Shown here piece after piece: positions 14,641 through 16,551 of a stretch of 16,551 nucleotides of DNA. The notes beneath the pieces are model-generated. The model was not told the DNA's origin and made no database searches. It saw only the letters and a list, made by a program, of their open reading frames with translations. The first letter of the stretch is position 1. Each line of letters begins with the position of its first letter. A program made the position numbers and the translations under genes. Location of the stretch: positions 1 through 16,551 of the forward strand of contig JBDRYB010000034.1 in the NCBI GenBank assembly GCA_039803205.1, read 5' to 3'. The stretch is from a candidate division WOR-3 bacterium. GTDB taxonomy: Bacteria; Hydrothermota; Hydrothermia; JBDRYB01.

Positions 14641-16119
14641 CTACTTTACTACTGCAGCCTTCTGGTAGATGGATGTCCCTCCAACGATCGCGTTCACAAC
14701 ATAGGTTCCGGGGCCGAGAGGGAGGAACCTTTCGCCTGTCAGATGGCCTGAGGCCACATCCCTGCCAGCGATATCGTAAACGAAGAAGTCAGCGTAGCCT
14801 GGGAAGTTGTAGGAGAGAAGGAGGCCGCCCTTCCTCGGGATAACCCTGAATGTGGTAGGTTTTGGCTCCTCGGGTGCTCCAAGCATGCACCGCGCGTCCG
14901 GAATGAGGTTCTCGTATATGACGAAGGTTGAGTTGCCGCTATTGTATCCTGGGTAATCAATTGCGGATATGTCCGGGCACCCGTCCAGGTCATAATCCCC
15001 TATCCAGAACCCATAAGAGCCGTTTGTCTGGAGAACCTGCTTAGAGAAGGTTCCGCCCAAATTCTCAAACACGGCTAGCTCGCCGTGGGTTCCGAAGAAG
15101 TCCTCGTCTGCTCCGCCTCCAGATGCCACTATGTCCATGTCCCCGTCAAGGTCAAGGTCAGCGGCCTTTACATCCGAACCCCAGGCTATCGCTCCTATAT
15201 AAACCGGAGTGAAGGTGTTGTATCCGTCGTTCCTGAACATCCATACCGAGTTGTCGTCCCCAAGGTTCATGAAGTTAGTGGCTATGAGGATGTCGTTGTC
15301 TCCATCCCCATCAATATCCCCTGCCCATACTCCGTGGGGGTCTGGCCTATACTGTATGAAGTGGGGGATGTAGGTTCCCGGAATCCCGGTGTATTCAAAC
15401 CACCAGACTCCGGCCTGGTATCCGAGCCAAGCGTGCGTTATGCCCGCGAGGTCAAGGTCCCCATCCCCATCCAGGTCAGCTGGCCAGACCGACTCAGCGC
15501 TCAGGTCCGGGTAAGAGCTGGAGGATATGTTGTAGTTGGTGAAGATCCCAGAGCCGTTGTTCAATGAGACATAGAACCCATAGAGCTCACAAGTCCACGC
15601 GACATCCTTGTCTCCATCTCCGTCAAGGTCAGAGCAGTGAATATGGTTAGGGAAACCGCCGTTATACATTATTGGGTTCACTATGCTGAAGTTCCCGCCA
15701 TCGTTGCGTATCCAGAAAACATAGATACTATACCATGGCTCAGCGCCAACTATGTCAAGGTCTCCATCCCCGTCTATATCAGCCACATCAGAGCCATACA
15801 TGCCGTAGAGAGGAAGGGGCGTATTCGTGAAGCTCCAACCCCCTTGGTTCCAATAGATCATGGGCGTGTTCAGAGCGAAGGGCGAGACCGCGTCCGGCCA
15901 AGCCGCTCCTCCGAGATCCCTCGCGTTGTTCCGGACCTGATAGAAGTGGAACCAGTCAACCGTTTCCGTGTGTATATCGTGCCTAGCGAAGGAGAATGCC
16001 TTTGACTGGATTGTGGTTTCGTCGTTCCTCAGCTCTGCCTCGGCTGGTCTGTAGTTAGGGTTATCCTTTGCTACACTCAGGGGAGAACTCCCTGTCAGGA
16101 TCAAAATACAACTTAACAT
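14641..16119 (-). CDS. FG-GAP/VCBS-repeat beta-propeller protein with T9SS type A-like C-terminal domain
   Basis: Six DxDxDGxxD repeats (DIDGDGDLD, DLDGDGDKD, DLDGDGDLD, DIDGDGDND, DLDLDGDMD, DYDLDGCPD) plus a degenerate first one (DLGGAAWPD); C-terminal VYDIAGRDV..PGTYVV; SD GGAGGTG. Confidence 0.88.
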   Translation of the reverse strand: MLSCILILTGSSPLSVAKDNPNYRPAEAELRNDETTIQSKAFSFARHDIHTETVDWFHFYQVRNNARDLGGAAWPDAVSPFALNTPMIYWNQGGWSFTNTPLPLYGMYGSDVADIDGDGDLDIVGAEPWYSIYVFWIRNDGGNFSIVNPIMYNGGFPNHIHCSDLDGDGDKDVAWTCELYGFYVSLNNGSGIFTNYNISSSSYPDLSAESVWPADLDGDGDLDLAGITHAWLGYQAGVWWFEYTGIPGTYIPHFIQYRPDPHGVWAGDIDGDGDNDILIATNFMNLGDDNSVWMFRNDGYNTFTPVYIGAIAWGSDVKAADLDLDGDMDIVASGGGADEDFFGTHGELAVFENLGGTFSKQVLQTNGSYGFWIGDYDLDGCPDISAIDYPGYNSGNSTFVIYENLIPDARCMLGAPEEPKPTTFRVIPRKGGLLLSYNFPGYADFFVYDIAGRDVASGHLTGERFLPLGPGTYVVNAIVGGTSIYQKAAVVK

Positions 16120-16145
16120 CTTGCACCTCCGTGGGTTTCGAGGAA

Positions 16146-16175
16146 ATTATGAAGGTTTTACTCGCGGAGTGTCAA
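16146..16175 (-). promoter_or_regulatory. Sigma70-type promoter of the FG-GAP gene
   Basis: Minus strand TTGACA (16175-16170), 18 bp spacer, CATAAT (16151-16146). Confidence 0.7.
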
Positions 16176-16185
16176 GTACTTTTTT

Positions 16186-16551
16186 CTGACCCTTACCCAA
16201 AACTTTCCCTAATCCTCATAATTTGTCTCCTTATGGAAGGACTCCTTGAATATCCTTCACCACTGAGGGAAGTCTTGGGAGATAGCAGGCGTTATGCAAT
16301 GGTGAGGGATGCTGTCTCAGGGGTAATCCAATGCGGTAAGCTCTCGGTCATGGCCCTGGCCTCTTTTTCCCCCTCGGAGGTGCAGGAGGCGCTTCTACAA
16401 GGTTCTGAACCTCGTTAAGGCTCGTCTCTCGTGCTTCAGAAACCCCCTCATCCCGATAACAGACCTGAGGGTCAGGGATGCTGATGAGGTGGGCAGTTGA
16501 GGATTACTTCAAGTTCATGAAGGAGTGCCTGGGGTCAGATAGCTTCCAGGT
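16186..16551 (+). pseudogene. Internally deleted IS4-superfamily transposase remnant with probable left end (runs off the window)
   Basis: IR-like CTGACCCTTACCCAAAAC at 16186; ATG 16233 MEGLLEY..; frameshifted pieces RRRFYKVLN (16384), ITDLRVRDA and RWAVEDYFKFMKECLGSDSFQV (16487-end), the last matching the IS4 RWxxExxFxxxK signature. Confidence 0.65.

Noticed and set aside
16068..16232. 5' part of the 116-aa ORF 16068-16418
   Set aside because: It crosses the FG-GAP start and promoter; only the part from ATG 16233 looks like transposase remnant.

Overview
Bacterial chromosomal window. Gene order, short signal peptides and C-terminal sorting-domain proteins suggest an FCB-related lineage such as WOR-3 (inference only). 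From left to right: (1) the 3' end of an rve-type DDE transposase, followed by a long, perfectly paired hairpin and tandem sub-terminal repeats, abutting a decayed IS4-like remnant; (2) rplM-rpsI-rpsB-tsf-pyrH, with no frr after it; (3) three tandem paralogous small membrane proteins (TM2/SPEC3-Stum-like); (4) a secreted clostripain-family protease; (5) a nine-gene thiol-redox/arsenic-efflux cluster (ferredoxin, CcdA, TlpA-like, CMD/AhpD, NifX-like, ArsP-type permease, Acr3, exported rhodanese, MTH895/ArsE-like thioredoxin) with no arsR or arsC, preceded by a perfect 16-bp palindrome; (6) on the minus strand, an FG-GAP propeller protein, a TPR protein and obgE; (7) an internally deleted IS4-like remnant at the right edge. 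The strongest novelty candidates are the structured element at the IS 3' end (193-336), the redox/ars cluster with atypical Cys motifs, and the membrane-protein triplet. All family assignments come from motif recognition by eye; no searches were run.
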